Source of the DNA: Chloroflexota bacterium
Lineage (GTDB): Bacteria > Chloroflexota > Anaerolineae > Anaerolineales > Villigracilaceae
DNA length: 32,033 nt
Assembly: GCA_040754355.1 (NCBI GenBank)
Contig: JBFMCM010000121.1
Coordinates: 1-32,033, forward strand
Reading direction: 5' to 3'
Part shown: positions 15,229 to 24,339 of the stretch, piece after piece
How positions within the stretch are numbered: the first letter of the stretch is position 1
Layout of the letters: each line of letters begins with the position of its first letter
Program-made: the position numbers and the translations under genes
The notes under the pieces: generated by a model
The model's input: only the letters and a program-made list of their open reading frames with translations
Database searches by the model: none
What the model was told of the DNA's origin: nothing

Positions 15229-15770
15229 TAGTTGGTTCCAATATCTTTTGGGAAAGCGACATCAGATGTTGTTTGCGGGAGTACTTTCTTGAGTTGTACA
15301 AGGGCCTTCACCCCGCCGAAAAGAAAGACCAGAAACAGAATGTGGAAAATGAATCCCAGGTAATCCTGGAAGACGACGACTAGCAAAGCATCCAGTCCAT
15401 AAAACACTATACCAGTAATAAAAGCCCACATTTTGCCCTTGCCTGCAAAGACGCCGAATAGTATAAAGACACCAGCGATGAAAAGGTTGAGAAAGAAGCC
15501 AATCCCCTGGAAGAGAACGGCATTGGCCGGACTATATTCTGCTGCACCATAAGCGAATCCGTCTATTAATTGGGTAATACCTAACCCGACTACAAATGAA
15601 ATCCCACCTCCGAAAATGAAGATCAGTGTGTTGATCACGGATAATCCGGCAATCCAATGGAAATTATTCGCGCCGGTTTTCACCTTTCTTTGTAAGGTAT
15701 TGACAGCCGTCATATAATTGAGCCGCTGCTGTTCGCTTGGATCGGTGGAAGTGGGAAGATTTGTGTTCAT
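15228..15770 (-). CDS. Polytopic membrane protein (about 4 TM), uncharacterised
   Basis: ATG 15770 is preceded by AAGGAGG. Its stop overlaps the ThyX-like ATG by 1 nt (15228). TM segments include WIAGLSVINTLIFIFGG and AFITGIVFYGLDALLVVVF. Confidence 0.7.
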   Translation of the reverse strand: MNTNLPTSTDPSEQQRLNYMTAVNTLQRKVKTGANNFHWIAGLSVINTLIFIFGGGISFVVGLGITQLIDGFAYGAAEYSPANAVLFQGIGFFLNLFIAGVFILFGVFAGKGKMWAFITGIVFYGLDALLVVVFQDYLGFIFHILFLVFLFGGVKALVQLKKVLPQTTSDVAFPKDIGTN

Positions 15771-15795
15771 ACTGTTCCTCCTTGTGGTTTTGTGT

Positions 15796-15824
15796 AATAT
15801 AGACGAAAATGCCCCGTCAGTCAA
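15796..15824 (-). promoter_or_regulatory. Candidate promoter for the membrane-protein/ThyX-like pair
   Basis: On the minus strand, TTGACT (15824-15819), a 17-nt spacer, then TATATT (15801-15796). The -35 box lies in the loop of the preceding terminator. Confidence 0.4.
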
Positions 15825-15835
15825 CCGGGGCATTT
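15802..15835 (-). terminator. Intrinsic terminator after the DUF457 gene
   Basis: The minus strand reads AAATGCCCCG-gttgactga-CGGGGCATTT followed by TCGTC. The stem is 10 bp with a GC-rich core and the T-run is partly within the stem. Confidence 0.6.
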
Positions 15836-15838
15836 GTT

Positions 15839-16516
15839 TTACCTGGCCGCAAACTCCACCGTCTTTCGCATACGGATGGACACGCCGATGGCCAGACCCA
15901 GCGAGAGGAGATAGAACGCGCCTGCGATCGTCATGAAACCGGAGATCAATCTAAAAGCCGAGAGGGTAAGGGCCACGAACAGCACCAATTGGACGATTGT
16001 CCAGATGCGCAGTATTTTGACGTAGTTGACATCAGTCTTCTGTTTGCGGGCGAGGGAATCGAGCAGGAGGAAGTAAAGGGCAAAGCAGAGGAACTCCGCG
16101 GTGAGCATTAAGGTTTCGAACCAGGCGGGTGGCGCGTAACCGGCCCACAGGTCAACCCACAGGGGAATCGGCCATAGGATAGAAACCCCATTGAACCAGA
16201 CAAGCAAGTCGAGCAGGATGTGCATCAGAACGCCGATGCCCAATCCGATGCCGAGTGAGTTCCAACGTGACTTTTTGGTGATCGCCGCGATGATATAAAA
16301 GATTGCCAGGATGGCGACGATGGTAAACAGGCTGTGTGTGAAGGTGCGGTGCAGCCCTTCAGTGGGCAGTTTGGCCAGCGTGGCAACGGCCACTGCTAGA
16401 TTATCGGTATCCGGGAAGAGATTGCCGAGCACGATGCCCAGCACCAGCCATTCGGCTTTGGGAGCCCATTTGCGGACCGCCACGCCGACCAGAGCGTGAA
16501 TTCCGGCTTGTGCCAT
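15839..16516 (-). CDS. Membrane-bound metal-dependent hydrolase (DUF457 / YdjM-like)
   Basis: MAQAGIHALVG...GNLFPDTDN...HRTFTHSL...GVLMHILLDLL are DUF457 hallmarks. ATG 16516 is preceded by AAGGAGGA. Confidence 0.8.
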   Translation of the reverse strand: MAQAGIHALVGVAVRKWAPKAEWLVLGIVLGNLFPDTDNLAVAVATLAKLPTEGLHRTFTHSLFTIVAILAIFYIIAAITKKSRWNSLGIGLGIGVLMHILLDLLVWFNGVSILWPIPLWVDLWAGYAPPAWFETLMLTAEFLCFALYFLLLDSLARKQKTDVNYVKILRIWTIVQLVLFVALTLSAFRLISGFMTIAGAFYLLSLGLAIGVSIRMRKTVEFAAR

Positions 16517-16553
16517 ACCATCCTCCTTATTCGATGTGAATGTAGATAACGAA

Positions 16554-16582
16554 AGTATATATCCCCCGGAGGATAAATGCAA
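16554..16582 (-). promoter_or_regulatory. Candidate internal promoter upstream of the DUF457 gene
   Basis: On the minus strand, TTGCAT (16582-16577), a 17-nt spacer, then TATACT (16559-16554). Confidence 0.35.
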
Positions 16583-16593
16583 TCAGTAAATGC

Positions 16594-17523
16594 CTATTTC
16601 GGCGTGTCCAGGATGTTGCGTGTTTCCTTGATGTCTGCATGGATTTGCTCGATGAGCGCCTCGACCGAGGGAAATTTCATCTCGTCCCGCAGGCGGGCGA
16701 CGAACTCCAGTTTGATCTCCTGCCCGTACAGGTCACGGTGGAAATCCAGCAGGTGGGCTTCGATGTTGGGCGTCTGTTTTTCGGGCGTGAAGGTCGGGTT
16801 GATGCCGATGTTGGTCGCCGCCGGATGGCGTTCGCTGCCCACCCAGGCCCAGGCGGCGTAGATGCCGTTAGCCGGGATGAGTTTCTCGGCCGGATAATCA
16901 ATGTTGGCGGTCGGGATATTGATGTGCCGGCCGCGCCCATCCCCATGGACGACTTTCCCGGAGAGGGCATACCAGCGTCCGAGCAGTTGAGCCGCCTCGG
17001 CCACCGCCCCGGCGCGGACCTGGTTCCTGATAGCGCTGGAGGAGATGATCGCCTCGCCCTGTCTGATGGGTTCCACAATCTCGACTTCATAGCCCAGGTC
17101 CAGGCTCAATTCTGTCAGGCGGGCGGCGTCCCCTTCTCGGCCGCGGCCCAGGGCAGTGTCATAGCCGATGACAAGGCGGCGCAGGCCCAGGGTTCGTGCC
17201 GCGCGGCGCATGAACGCTTCGGCCGTCTGGTCGGCAAAGTCGCGGTCGAAAGTCTGGGTGATGACCGCGTCCACGCCCAAGTCTCCCAGCAGGGCAGCGC
17301 GTTCCTCGGGCGTGGTCAGGCATTTGAAGTCTGCCCGACCGCCGAGAACGATAGCCGGGTGAGGGGTGAAGGTGAGCACGATGGCCTGGCAATTTTCGGC
17401 GTGCGCACCATCCACCAAGCGCGCCAGCAGGGTGCGATGGCCGAGATGGAGGCCATCGAAAATCCCAATGGTCAGCCAGGTATTTTGGAGATCGAGCCCG
17501 TCAAGGGAGGGATAATGGATCAC
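16594..17523 (-). CDS. ribF: Bifunctional riboflavin kinase / FMN adenylyltransferase
   Basis: The start is GTG. LTIGIFDGLHLGHRTLL is the FAD synthetase motif and the C-terminus is GDGRGRHINIPTANI...TNIGINPTF...EAHLLDF..DLYGQEIKLEF. Confidence 0.93.
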   Translation of the reverse strand: MIHYPSLDGLDLQNTWLTIGIFDGLHLGHRTLLARLVDGAHAENCQAIVLTFTPHPAIVLGGRADFKCLTTPEERAALLGDLGVDAVITQTFDRDFADQTAEAFMRRAARTLGLRRLVIGYDTALGRGREGDAARLTELSLDLGYEVEIVEPIRQGEAIISSSAIRNQVRAGAVAEAAQLLGRWYALSGKVVHGDGRGRHINIPTANIDYPAEKLIPANGIYAAWAWVGSERHPAATNIGINPTFTPEKQTPNIEAHLLDFHRDLYGQEIKLEFVARLRDEMKFPSVEALIEQIHADIKETRNILDTPK

Positions 17524-17616
17524 AGGCGTTGATTACAACCCCATGGGAGCGATGGCAGGTGAATACAGGCCACAATTCTACTCTGCATGGCCTGCGCATC
17601 TTCCGGGATGGATTTC

Positions 17617-18537
17617 CTATGAAAAGAAAACTTTCTTCGGCTGCCATTCGAGGGAGCCGTCTTCACCGGTGGCAAGGTCCATGATGGCGATGAGTTCGCC
17701 TGCCATACTAACGCCGCGCACCAGGCCGGGCTTGGTGTCCGGCGCGGCCTTGACGCGGTGGCCGTGCTTGACTTCTTCCACCTCGTCCGGGTTGAGTTCG
17801 ACTGCCGGCCATTCGGCCAGGGCTTCGGCCGCCGGGATGAGGAACTGGTACCAGTTGCCGATGGTGAAGGCTTCCTGCAACTTGCGCAGGGGAGTGGCGT
17901 CCCGCAGGCTGAAGCGGCCGCTCTTGGTGCGGCGCAAGCCGACCAAGTAAGCCCCGCAGCCGAGCGCTGTGCCGAGGTCGTTGGCCAGGGAGCGGACGTA
18001 GGTGCCGGACGAACAGTGCACATCAATGACCACTTCGGGCGGGGCCCATTCGAGCACTTCGAGATGGTAAACATTGATGATACGCGGGGCGAGTTCCACT
18101 TCTTCGCCCTGGCGGGCCATCTCGTAGGCTTTGCGCCCCTGCACTTTGACAGCCGAATAGGGCGGGGGAGTCTGCTCGATCTCGCCCACGAAGCGCTGGA
18201 GCACTTCGTTGAACTGCGCCTCGGTCACATTGACCTGGGTGTGCGCCTGGCCGGTGAAACGCCCATCCGCGTCGTATGTGTCGGTGGTGCCGCCCAGGCG
18301 GATGATGGCCTGGTAGCGTTTGTCGGAAGCCGAGACGAATTCGCTCAGGCGCACGGCCGGACCGACCAGGATGACCAGCACACCGGAGGCGCGCGGGTCG
18401 AGGGTGCCGGTGTGCCCGGCGCGGCGGATGTTGGTGCCTTTGCGGATGATCTCGACCACATCGTGCGAGGTCAGGCCGACAGGCTTGTCCACCACCAGGA
18501 TGCCGGAGATGGCATTTCTAACATCTTGACTTTCCAT
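17617..18537 (-). CDS. truB: tRNA pseudouridine(55) synthase
   Basis: GILVVDKPVGLTSHDVV...RRAGHTGTLDPRASGVLVILVG contains the catalytic Asp motif. The RBS is GGAGGA. Confidence 0.95.
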   Translation of the reverse strand: MESQDVRNAISGILVVDKPVGLTSHDVVEIIRKGTNIRRAGHTGTLDPRASGVLVILVGPAVRLSEFVSASDKRYQAIIRLGGTTDTYDADGRFTGQAHTQVNVTEAQFNEVLQRFVGEIEQTPPPYSAVKVQGRKAYEMARQGEEVELAPRIINVYHLEVLEWAPPEVVIDVHCSSGTYVRSLANDLGTALGCGAYLVGLRRTKSGRFSLRDATPLRKLQEAFTIGNWYQFLIPAAEALAEWPAVELNPDEVEEVKHGHRVKAAPDTKPGLVRGVSMAGELIAIMDLATGEDGSLEWQPKKVFFS

Positions 18538-18582
18538 GTTCTTATTCCTCCAAATGATTTAACTCGTCCCCGGCGAGTCAAG

Positions 18583-19542
18583 TTAATGTGGTTGGTTCAA
18601 GGCTTTGCGCGTGGCCGCCAGGACCTTTTCCTGCACCTCAGCCAGCGAACCGTTAATTTCGGCTCCGGAGGCTGCCTTGTGACCTCCGCCGCCGAACTGA
18701 CGCGCAATTTGCGAAACATCCAGGTATGCTTTGAGTCCGCGCCAGGATACTTTTGTTTTTTGCGGGTTCTGTTCGACGAACATGATGGCGATATCCGCCT
18801 CGTCAATGGATGAGACGACACTGATGAGGTCAGCGTCATCGTTCCCAGTATACCCCGATGCGGCGCGTTCTGCCATAGTTAGAGTGGCCCATACCATCCC
18901 GTCGGCGCGCTGGAGGCTGGATAAACCGGCTCCCCAGTATTTTGCCCCGGCAAAGGTGCGCCGCACCAGGCTGCGGAAGTAGAGCGTGCTCATGTCCACG
19001 CCAAGTTCGAGCAGGTCGGCGGCCTGGCGCAGGGCTTCGGGGGTGGTGTTGGCGGTGCGAAAGCCGAGCGTGTCGGTCACCAGACCGGTGAGCAGGTTGG
19101 CAGCGATGGGAGGGGTGATGGTCAGGCCCCAGAGGGGCATGTATTGGGTCAGAAGCGAAGCGGTGGCGACGGCCTCCGGCTCGACCAGGTTCAGGGTCCC
19201 GAAGGCATCGGTGGTGAGGTGGTGGTCTATGACGACGTCAGGTTTGGGATAACCGTCCAGGACATTGCCGACGCGTTTCAGGTCCGAACAGTCCACCGTC
19301 ACAATCAAATCGAACTGGCCTTCGGCCTTGCGGACGATCTTGTCGCTGCCGGGCAGGTGTTTGAAACTGGACGGGACTCCGTCTGCGAGCGCCATCTGGA
19401 CCTGTTTGCCGGCGTCGGCCAGCGCCAGACCGAGCGCCAGGGTGGAGCCGATGGCGTCGCCGTCCGGGCGGACATGTGAGACGATCAGGATGCGCCCGGC
19501 AGCCTGGAAACGGGATTTGATCTTGGCGTGCAGATCGGTCAT
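18583..19542 (-). CDS. DHH/DHHA1 phosphoesterase (NrnA-like oligoribonuclease / pAp phosphatase)
   Basis: The motifs are ILIVSHVRPDGDAIGS, DCSD, VIDHH and GGGHKAASGA. The start overlaps the rbfA stop by 4 nt. Confidence 0.9.
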   Translation of the reverse strand: MTDLHAKIKSRFQAAGRILIVSHVRPDGDAIGSTLALGLALADAGKQVQMALADGVPSSFKHLPGSDKIVRKAEGQFDLIVTVDCSDLKRVGNVLDGYPKPDVVIDHHLTTDAFGTLNLVEPEAVATASLLTQYMPLWGLTITPPIAANLLTGLVTDTLGFRTANTTPEALRQAADLLELGVDMSTLYFRSLVRRTFAGAKYWGAGLSSLQRADGMVWATLTMAERAASGYTGNDDADLISVVSSIDEADIAIMFVEQNPQKTKVSWRGLKAYLDVSQIARQFGGGGHKAASGAEINGSLAEVQEKVLAATRKALNQPH

Positions 19543-19886
19543 TGTTTTCGCAGCCCCGCTAGGAGGCGCTCGATGTGGTCTGCGTTTTCGGGCGTCGGGT
19601 CCCAGTGGAAGCGCAGGCGCGGCATGAGGCGCAAGTCAATGCGGGCGGCCAGTGTGCGGCGCAGGAAGCCGCTGGCGTGGTTCAACCCGGCGAGGATTTC
19701 CTCCGCGCGGGCCGCGCCTTCGACCGCAGAAACGTAGATGTCGGCATACGCTAGTTCGCGGTCAACTGTCACGTCGGTGACGAAGATCTGGTGCAGGCGC
19801 GGATCGCTGATCTCACGGACCAGAAGTTCCGAGAGTTCCTGTTTGAAGCGGTCCTCGATACGTTCGATTCTTACTTTGGATGGCAT
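19539..19886 (-). CDS. rbfA: Ribosome-binding factor A
   Basis: RIERIEDRFKQELSELLVREISDPRL..FVTDVTVDRELAYADIYVS matches RbfA, and the position after infB is typical. Confidence 0.93.
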   Translation of the reverse strand: MPSKVRIERIEDRFKQELSELLVREISDPRLHQIFVTDVTVDRELAYADIYVSAVEGAARAEEILAGLNHASGFLRRTLAARIDLRLMPRLRFHWDPTPENADHIERLLAGLRKQ

Positions 19887-19892
19887 AACTTG

Positions 19893-19934
19893 ATTTTCGA
19901 TTTACGATTTACGATTTGTGATTGACGATTTTAT
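19893..19934 (-). repeat. Heptanucleotide tandem array (6 units) in the infB-rbfA spacer
   Basis: The + strand reads ATTTTCG ATTTACG ATTTACG ATTTGTG ATTGACG ATTTTAT. In mRNA sense this is ATAAAAT CGTCAAT CACAAAT CGTAAAT CGTAAAT CGAAAAT, ending 6 nt before the rbfA ATG. Confidence 0.8.
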
Positions 19935-19962
19935 CAGCAGGTTGGCTTACGTTCGTCACTCG

Positions 19963-21750
19963 CTACTCTGCTTCTGCCTTTTCTAACACATAACATTCGA
20001 TCAGGTCACCGACCTGGATGTCGGAGAAATTCTTCAGGCCGATGCCGCACTCGAAGCCGGCGCGCATCTCGCGCACATCCTCTTTCTCGTGTTTGAGGGA
20101 GGCCACATCGCCTTCATAGACCGTGTCCTTGCCGCGTAGGAGGCGCAATTTGGCATTGCGGCGTACCTCCCCCTCGGTCACCTTGCAGCCGGCCACCTTG
20201 CCGCCTTTGGAGAGGCCGAATACGGCCAGCACAGCGGCTTTGCCGATGACATTCTCGGTGTACTCGGGAGCCAACATACCTTTGAGGGCTTTTTCCACGT
20301 CTTCGGTCAGGCGATAGATGATGTCGTACAACCGGATCGAGACGCCTTCCTTTTCGGCCAGGCGGCGGGCGGCCACATCGGCCTGGACGCTGAACCCGAC
20401 GATGATGGCCTGGGAGGAGGAGGCCAGCAGCACGTCGTTTTCGCTGACATTGCCAGTCTCGGCGTACAGGATATTGACTTTTATCTCGCCTTTGCCGAGT
20501 CCGTTGATCTCGTTGACAATCGGTTCGAGCGAGCCCTGCACATCGGCTTTCAGGATCAAGTTCAGTTCCTGGGCCTCGCCGGCTTTGATCTTGGAGAACA
20601 ATTCCTCCAACGTAATCTTCTTGGCGGCGGTGGCCTGCTGTTTGGCAGCCTCCGTGCGCTCGAAGATGATTTGGCGGGCTTCCTTTTCTGTATCCACCAC
20701 CTGGAATACATCTCCGGCGGAGGGCAGGTCGCTCAGCCCCATCACCGAAACCGGCACGGACGGTCCGGCTTTCTGCACCTTGCGTCCGTGAAAGTCGAAC
20801 ATGGCGCGCAGGCGGCCGTGGGCATTGCCGGCCACCACAATATCGCCCGTCTCCAGCGTCCCGTTCTGGACCAGGAGCGTGGCCACCGGGCCGCGGCTTT
20901 TGTCCAATTCGGCCTCGATGACAGTTCCGAGGACAGCCCCTTTGGCGTTGGCGCGGATGTCGGTGTTTTCGGCCACCAGCAGGACGGTCTCCAACAGGTC
21001 TTCGATACCCTGCTTCTGCTTGGCCGAGACAGGGACGACAAAGGTGTTGCCGCCCCATTCGTCGGGCACGAGGCCGTTCTCGCCGAGTTGCTGTTTTACC
21101 CGATCCGGATTGGCATTCGATTTATCTATCTTGTTGAGGGCGACGATAATGGGGACGCGCGCCGCTTTGGCATGGGCAATCGCTTCTTTGGTTTGGGGCA
21201 TTACGCCATCGTCAGCAGCCACCACCAGCACCACGATGTCGGCGCCCTGCGCCCCGCGCGCCCGCATGGCCGTGAAAGCCGAGTGGCCGGGGGTATCCAG
21301 GAAGGTGATTTGCCGTCCCTTGAGTTCCACCTGATAAGCGCCGATATGCTGGGTGATGCCGCCTGCTTCTCCGGCAGCCACATCCGCGTCCCGGATGGCG
21401 TCCAGCAACGTGGTCTTGCCGTGGTCCACGTGGCCGAGGATGGTCACCACCGGCGGGCGCGCCGTCAGCGCGCTTTCGTCTTCCCCGGCAATCGTCTGGC
21501 GCCAGAGCGGAATCTCCCCGGTCTCTTTTTCCTCCGGGGCCTCCTGGCTCTCCTGGACAGCCTCGAAACCCATCTCGGCAGCCACGATGGCCGCCGTATC
21601 GAAGTCAATCGTCTGGTTAATGCTGACCATCATGCCATTCTCCATCAACTTGCGGATTACGTTGATGGCAGAAACGTCAATCAACTGCGCGAGATCGCGC
21701 ACCGGAATGGTGGCAGGAAGTTTGATTGTTTTGGATTTTTGCTCGCTCAT
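19963..21750 (-). CDS. infB: Translation initiation factor IF-2 (short form)
   Basis: It has an IF2_N-like start and the GTPase motifs [17 protein letters not shown] and NKID. The C-terminal domains are conserved. The RBS is GGAAGGAG. Confidence 0.97.
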   Translation of the reverse strand: MSEQKSKTIKLPATIPVRDLAQLIDVSAINVIRKLMENGMMVSINQTIDFDTAAIVAAEMGFEAVQESQEAPEEKETGEIPLWRQTIAGEDESALTARPPVVTILGHVDHGKTTLLDAIRDADVAAGEAGGITQHIGAYQVELKGRQITFLDTPGHSAFTAMRARGAQGADIVVLVVAADDGVMPQTKEAIAHAKAARVPIIVALNKIDKSNANPDRVKQQLGENGLVPDEWGGNTFVVPVSAKQKQGIEDLLETVLLVAENTDIRANAKGAVLGTVIEAELDKSRGPVATLLVQNGTLETGDIVVAGNAHGRLRAMFDFHGRKVQKAGPSVPVSVMGLSDLPSAGDVFQVVDTEKEARQIIFERTEAAKQQATAAKKITLEELFSKIKAGEAQELNLILKADVQGSLEPIVNEINGLGKGEIKVNILYAETGNVSENDVLLASSSQAIIVGFSVQADVAARRLAEKEGVSIRLYDIIYRLTEDVEKALKGMLAPEYTENVIGKAAVLAVFGLSKGGKVAGCKVTEGEVRRNAKLRLLRGKDTVYEGDVASLKHEKEDVREMRAGFECGIGLKNFSDIQVGDLIECYVLEKAEAE

Positions 21751-21854
21751 ACGGCAACTCCTTCCGGATAGATACCTGTTCAGCCAGGCCCGCTCGGCGC
21801 AAGCGGCGGTGCGTCATTGGACCTGCGGCCTGCCGGCTGAGCGAAGGCTTTTTC

Positions 21855-22169
21855 TCAGCCCATGCTGGTCTCGTCCTGCCCGCCCTCCTCCGGCAGTGTT
21901 TGCATGAACTGGCGGAAGGCGGCGAGGTCATCCGGCGACAGGGTCGCCTTCAGGGCGTGGGCAAGGGAGCCTTTCAGTCCCTTTTCCCAGCAGGAACGGC
22001 GGTTGTGCAGGTAAGCACCCCGCCCGGCTAGTTTGCCGGTCGGGTCCACCCGCACCCCGTCGGGTTGACGCACAATGCGCACCAATGAACGCTTGGGCAG
22101 CACGGTGTGACAGCCCACGCAGGTGCGCTGGGGGATATGTTTGGGTCGCTTGATCTGTTTGCCAGACAC
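21855..22169 (-). CDS. ylxR: YlxR/RnpM family protein (DUF448)
   Basis: RTCVGC....KRSLVRIV......[13 protein letters not shown] is the YlxR signature. The start is GTG, and the gene lies between nusA and infB. Confidence 0.85.
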   Translation of the reverse strand: MSGKQIKRPKHIPQRTCVGCHTVLPKRSLVRIVRQPDGVRVDPTGKLAGRGAYLHNRRSCWEKGLKGSLAHALKATLSPDDLAAFRQFMQTLPEEGGQDETSMG

Positions 22170-22213
22170 CTTCTAACGCCTGTCGGGGCAGTCAACCGCC
22201 TGCCCCCAAAGAA

Positions 22214-24070
22214 TCACCATTCTTCTTCAACGCCTGTATCGCCGCGCTTGTGCTTCTTGCGGGCTACGGCCTCGCCGCGTTCCTCGTCGAATACGATGAC
22301 GCGGTCCTTGCGGCCTTTCTTCTTGGCATCTTTCTTGTCGGCTTGTCCTTCTTCATCTTCTTCGGCGACTGGGGCTTGGGTGATCACATTTTGAAGGGAG
22401 AAGAGTTTTTCGAAATCTTTTTCCTCTTCCACCGGCTCGGCTTCCTGTGCTTCCACTTTTTCTGCGGCTTCAGGAACCGGTTCCACGGTAACAGGCTCAG
22501 CGATTGCTTCAGGGGGAATCTCTGCCTGGGCTTGCGCGGGTTCGGGCGCAGGTTCCGCCTCGGCCGGTTTTTCGGGTTCAGGGAATGTAGCCGACGCCAG
22601 CGCCTTTTCGATGGCTTGCATGGCCTTGGGTCCAATCCCGGCCAGACCGAGGACGTTGTCTGGGTTGAGTTTCATCGCCAGCATCAGGCCGCCGACGGTG
22701 CGGTGTTCGGCCTCGGTCAGGATGGTGTAGACGTGGTCGGGCAGGCCGAGGGTCTCGATATCCGTTTCGAAAGCGGCTGGCGGGATACCGGCGCGCGCTT
22801 CGTTGAGGCGTGCATCTTCGGCTGCGGCTTCGGCTTTCGCCTTCTCCACCGTCCGGCGCTCCACGCGTTCCACAAACTGGATGAGCATGGAATATTCTTC
22901 CGGGGTCACTGGCTTGTTCTCGGCCTTCTTGCCCAGGATGGCCTCGATGGCCGGCAGGTGCTCCCGCTCGATTTCAGCAATCCCAGCCAGGTCGGGTTCG
23001 GTCTGGAGTTTGACGATGGCATCCCCGGCGGCTTCGGCCAGGGACTTGATGTCAATACGCCAGCCGGTCAGTTTGGCGGCCAGGCGGGCGTTCTGCCCGT
23101 CGCGGCCGATGGCCAGGGAGAGTTGGTCCTCCTGGACGACGACAGTGGCAGTCTTTTCTTTTTCGCTCAAATAGACGCCAGAGACCCTGGCCGGGCTGAT
23201 GGCTTTGGAGATATACAGCACCGGGTCCGGGTTCCACTCGATGATGTCAATCTTCTCGTCGTGCAGTTCCTTGACGATAGCCTGGATGCGCACGCCCTTG
23301 ATGCCTACACACGCCCCCACCGGATCCACATTGGGCTGGGTGGCCGAGACGGCCACTTTGGCGCGCTGGCCGGGTTCGCGCGAGATGGCGCGGATCTCGA
23401 CGATGCCGTGGTAGATTTCCGGCACCTCGTTTTCGAGCAGGCGGCGCAGGAAGTTGCGGTGCGAGCGCGACAGGATGATCTGCGGCCCGCGCGGGTTGTC
23501 TTTTACTTCCAGTACAATGGCGCGCACGCGGTCATGCACCTTGAAGCGTTCGCCCGGAATCTTCTGGTTGGTGGGCATGATGCCCTCGGCCTTCATGTCC
23601 AGGCCGATGGTGGCTCCCTGAGTAGCGTTGACGGCTTGCACCACGCCGCTGATGATTTCGCCGACCTGCTTGTTGAAGAAATCAGCCTGCATCTGGCGTT
23701 CGGCTTCGCGGATGCGCTGCTGGATGACCTGGCGTGCGGTCTGGGCAGCGACGCGCCCGAAGTCCTTGGGCGTGGTTTCCACGATGACCATGTCGCCAAG
23801 GTTGGCTTCCGGGTTCACTTGGCGGGCTGTTTCGAGCAGCACCTCGGTGCGTTCGTCCTGAACGTCCTCGACGACCTCTTTCTCGGCGTAGATGGTGACC
23901 TTGCCGGTTTCCGGGTCGAGGGTGGCTTTGACTTCCTGCGCGTTGGAAGCATTGACCGCCCGCCGGTAGGCGGAAACCATGGCCGACTCGATGGCCGCCA
24001 GGATGATCTCCTTGGGCAGTTGTTTTTCTTCCAAGACTTCGTTGAAAGCCAGGGCAAATTCGTTCTTCAT
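22214..24070 (-). CDS. nusA: Transcription termination/antitermination factor NusA with a long acidic/basic C-terminal tail
   Basis: It contains an N-terminal domain, an S1 domain (GEIISGVV), KH1/KH2 ([25 protein letters not shown]), an HhH module ([17 protein letters not shown]) and a ~125-aa tail. ATG 24070 is preferred over the track start at 24166. Confidence 0.95.
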   Translation of the reverse strand: MKNEFALAFNEVLEEKQLPKEIILAAIESAMVSAYRRAVNASNAQEVKATLDPETGKVTIYAEKEVVEDVQDERTEVLLETARQVNPEANLGDMVIVETTPKDFGRVAAQTARQVIQQRIREAERQMQADFFNKQVGEIISGVVQAVNATQGATIGLDMKAEGIMPTNQKIPGERFKVHDRVRAIVLEVKDNPRGPQIILSRSHRNFLRRLLENEVPEIYHGIVEIRAISREPGQRAKVAVSATQPNVDPVGACVGIKGVRIQAIVKELHDEKIDIIEWNPDPVLYISKAISPARVSGVYLSEKEKTATVVVQEDQLSLAIGRDGQNARLAAKLTGWRIDIKSLAEAAGDAIVKLQTEPDLAGIAEIEREHLPAIEAILGKKAENKPVTPEEYSMLIQFVERVERRTVEKAKAEAAAEDARLNEARAGIPPAAFETDIETLGLPDHVYTILTEAEHRTVGGLMLAMKLNPDNVLGLAGIGPKAMQAIEKALASATFPEPEKPAEAEPAPEPAQAQAEIPPEAIAEPVTVEPVPEAAEKVEAQEAEPVEEEKDFEKLFSLQNVITQAPVAEEDEEGQADKKDAKKKGRKDRVIVFDEERGEAVARKKHKRGDTGVEEEW

Positions 24071-24176
24071 TCCTTCTTGCTCCGTTTTGTCTCGTTTACG
24101 AGGTACATCTCGATAAACCAGGGAGTGGACCCCCCATCCTCCCACGATTATCGAGAAGGTGCACACTTACAAGCAG

Positions 24177-24199
24177 AAAAGTGGGGGTTGCCCACTTTT
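24177..24199 (-). promoter_or_regulatory. Terminator-like hairpin in the nusA 5' leader
   Basis: The minus strand reads AAAAGTGGG-caacc-CCCACTTTT followed by CT. It lies between the candidate promoter and the nusA ATG. Confidence 0.35.
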
Positions 24200-24233
24200 C
24201 GATGCGTTCGGTATAGGTACTGCGACGGGCAGG

Positions 24234-24262
24234 ATTTTAGCACGGAATCGAGGAGGATGCAA
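24234..24262 (-). promoter_or_regulatory. Candidate nusA operon promoter
   Basis: On the minus strand, TTGCAT (24262-24257), a 17-nt spacer, then TGcTAAAAT (-10 at 24239-24234). Confidence 0.5.
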
Positions 24263-24339
24263 GGATTTGTTTGGATTTCTTACCCACATCACCTTGCGCA
24301 CGGCTTGACTTTAAGGCAAAATAACCCCGGAGTACGGAC

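Noticed and set aside
17520-18074. A 184-aa ORF overlapping truB on the same strand in another frame.
   Set aside because: It lies wholly within or next to the well-supported truB frame. Its Ala/Pro/Ser/Arg-rich composition is typical of off-frame GC-rich translation, and it has no RBS.
14475-19934. The two AT-rich repeat arrays as CRISPR or minisatellite-type mobile DNA.
   Set aside because: The units are only 7 nt with no spacers, and no cas genes, leader, terminal inverted repeats or target-site duplications are visible. They are reported instead as short tandem heptamer arrays.
21751-21854. The 104-nt ylxR-infB spacer as a site for a missing ylxQ (L7Ae-like) gene or a small RNA.
   Set aside because: No ORF of useful length is present and I could see only weak 5-6-bp hairpins. 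This is too little to call a feature.
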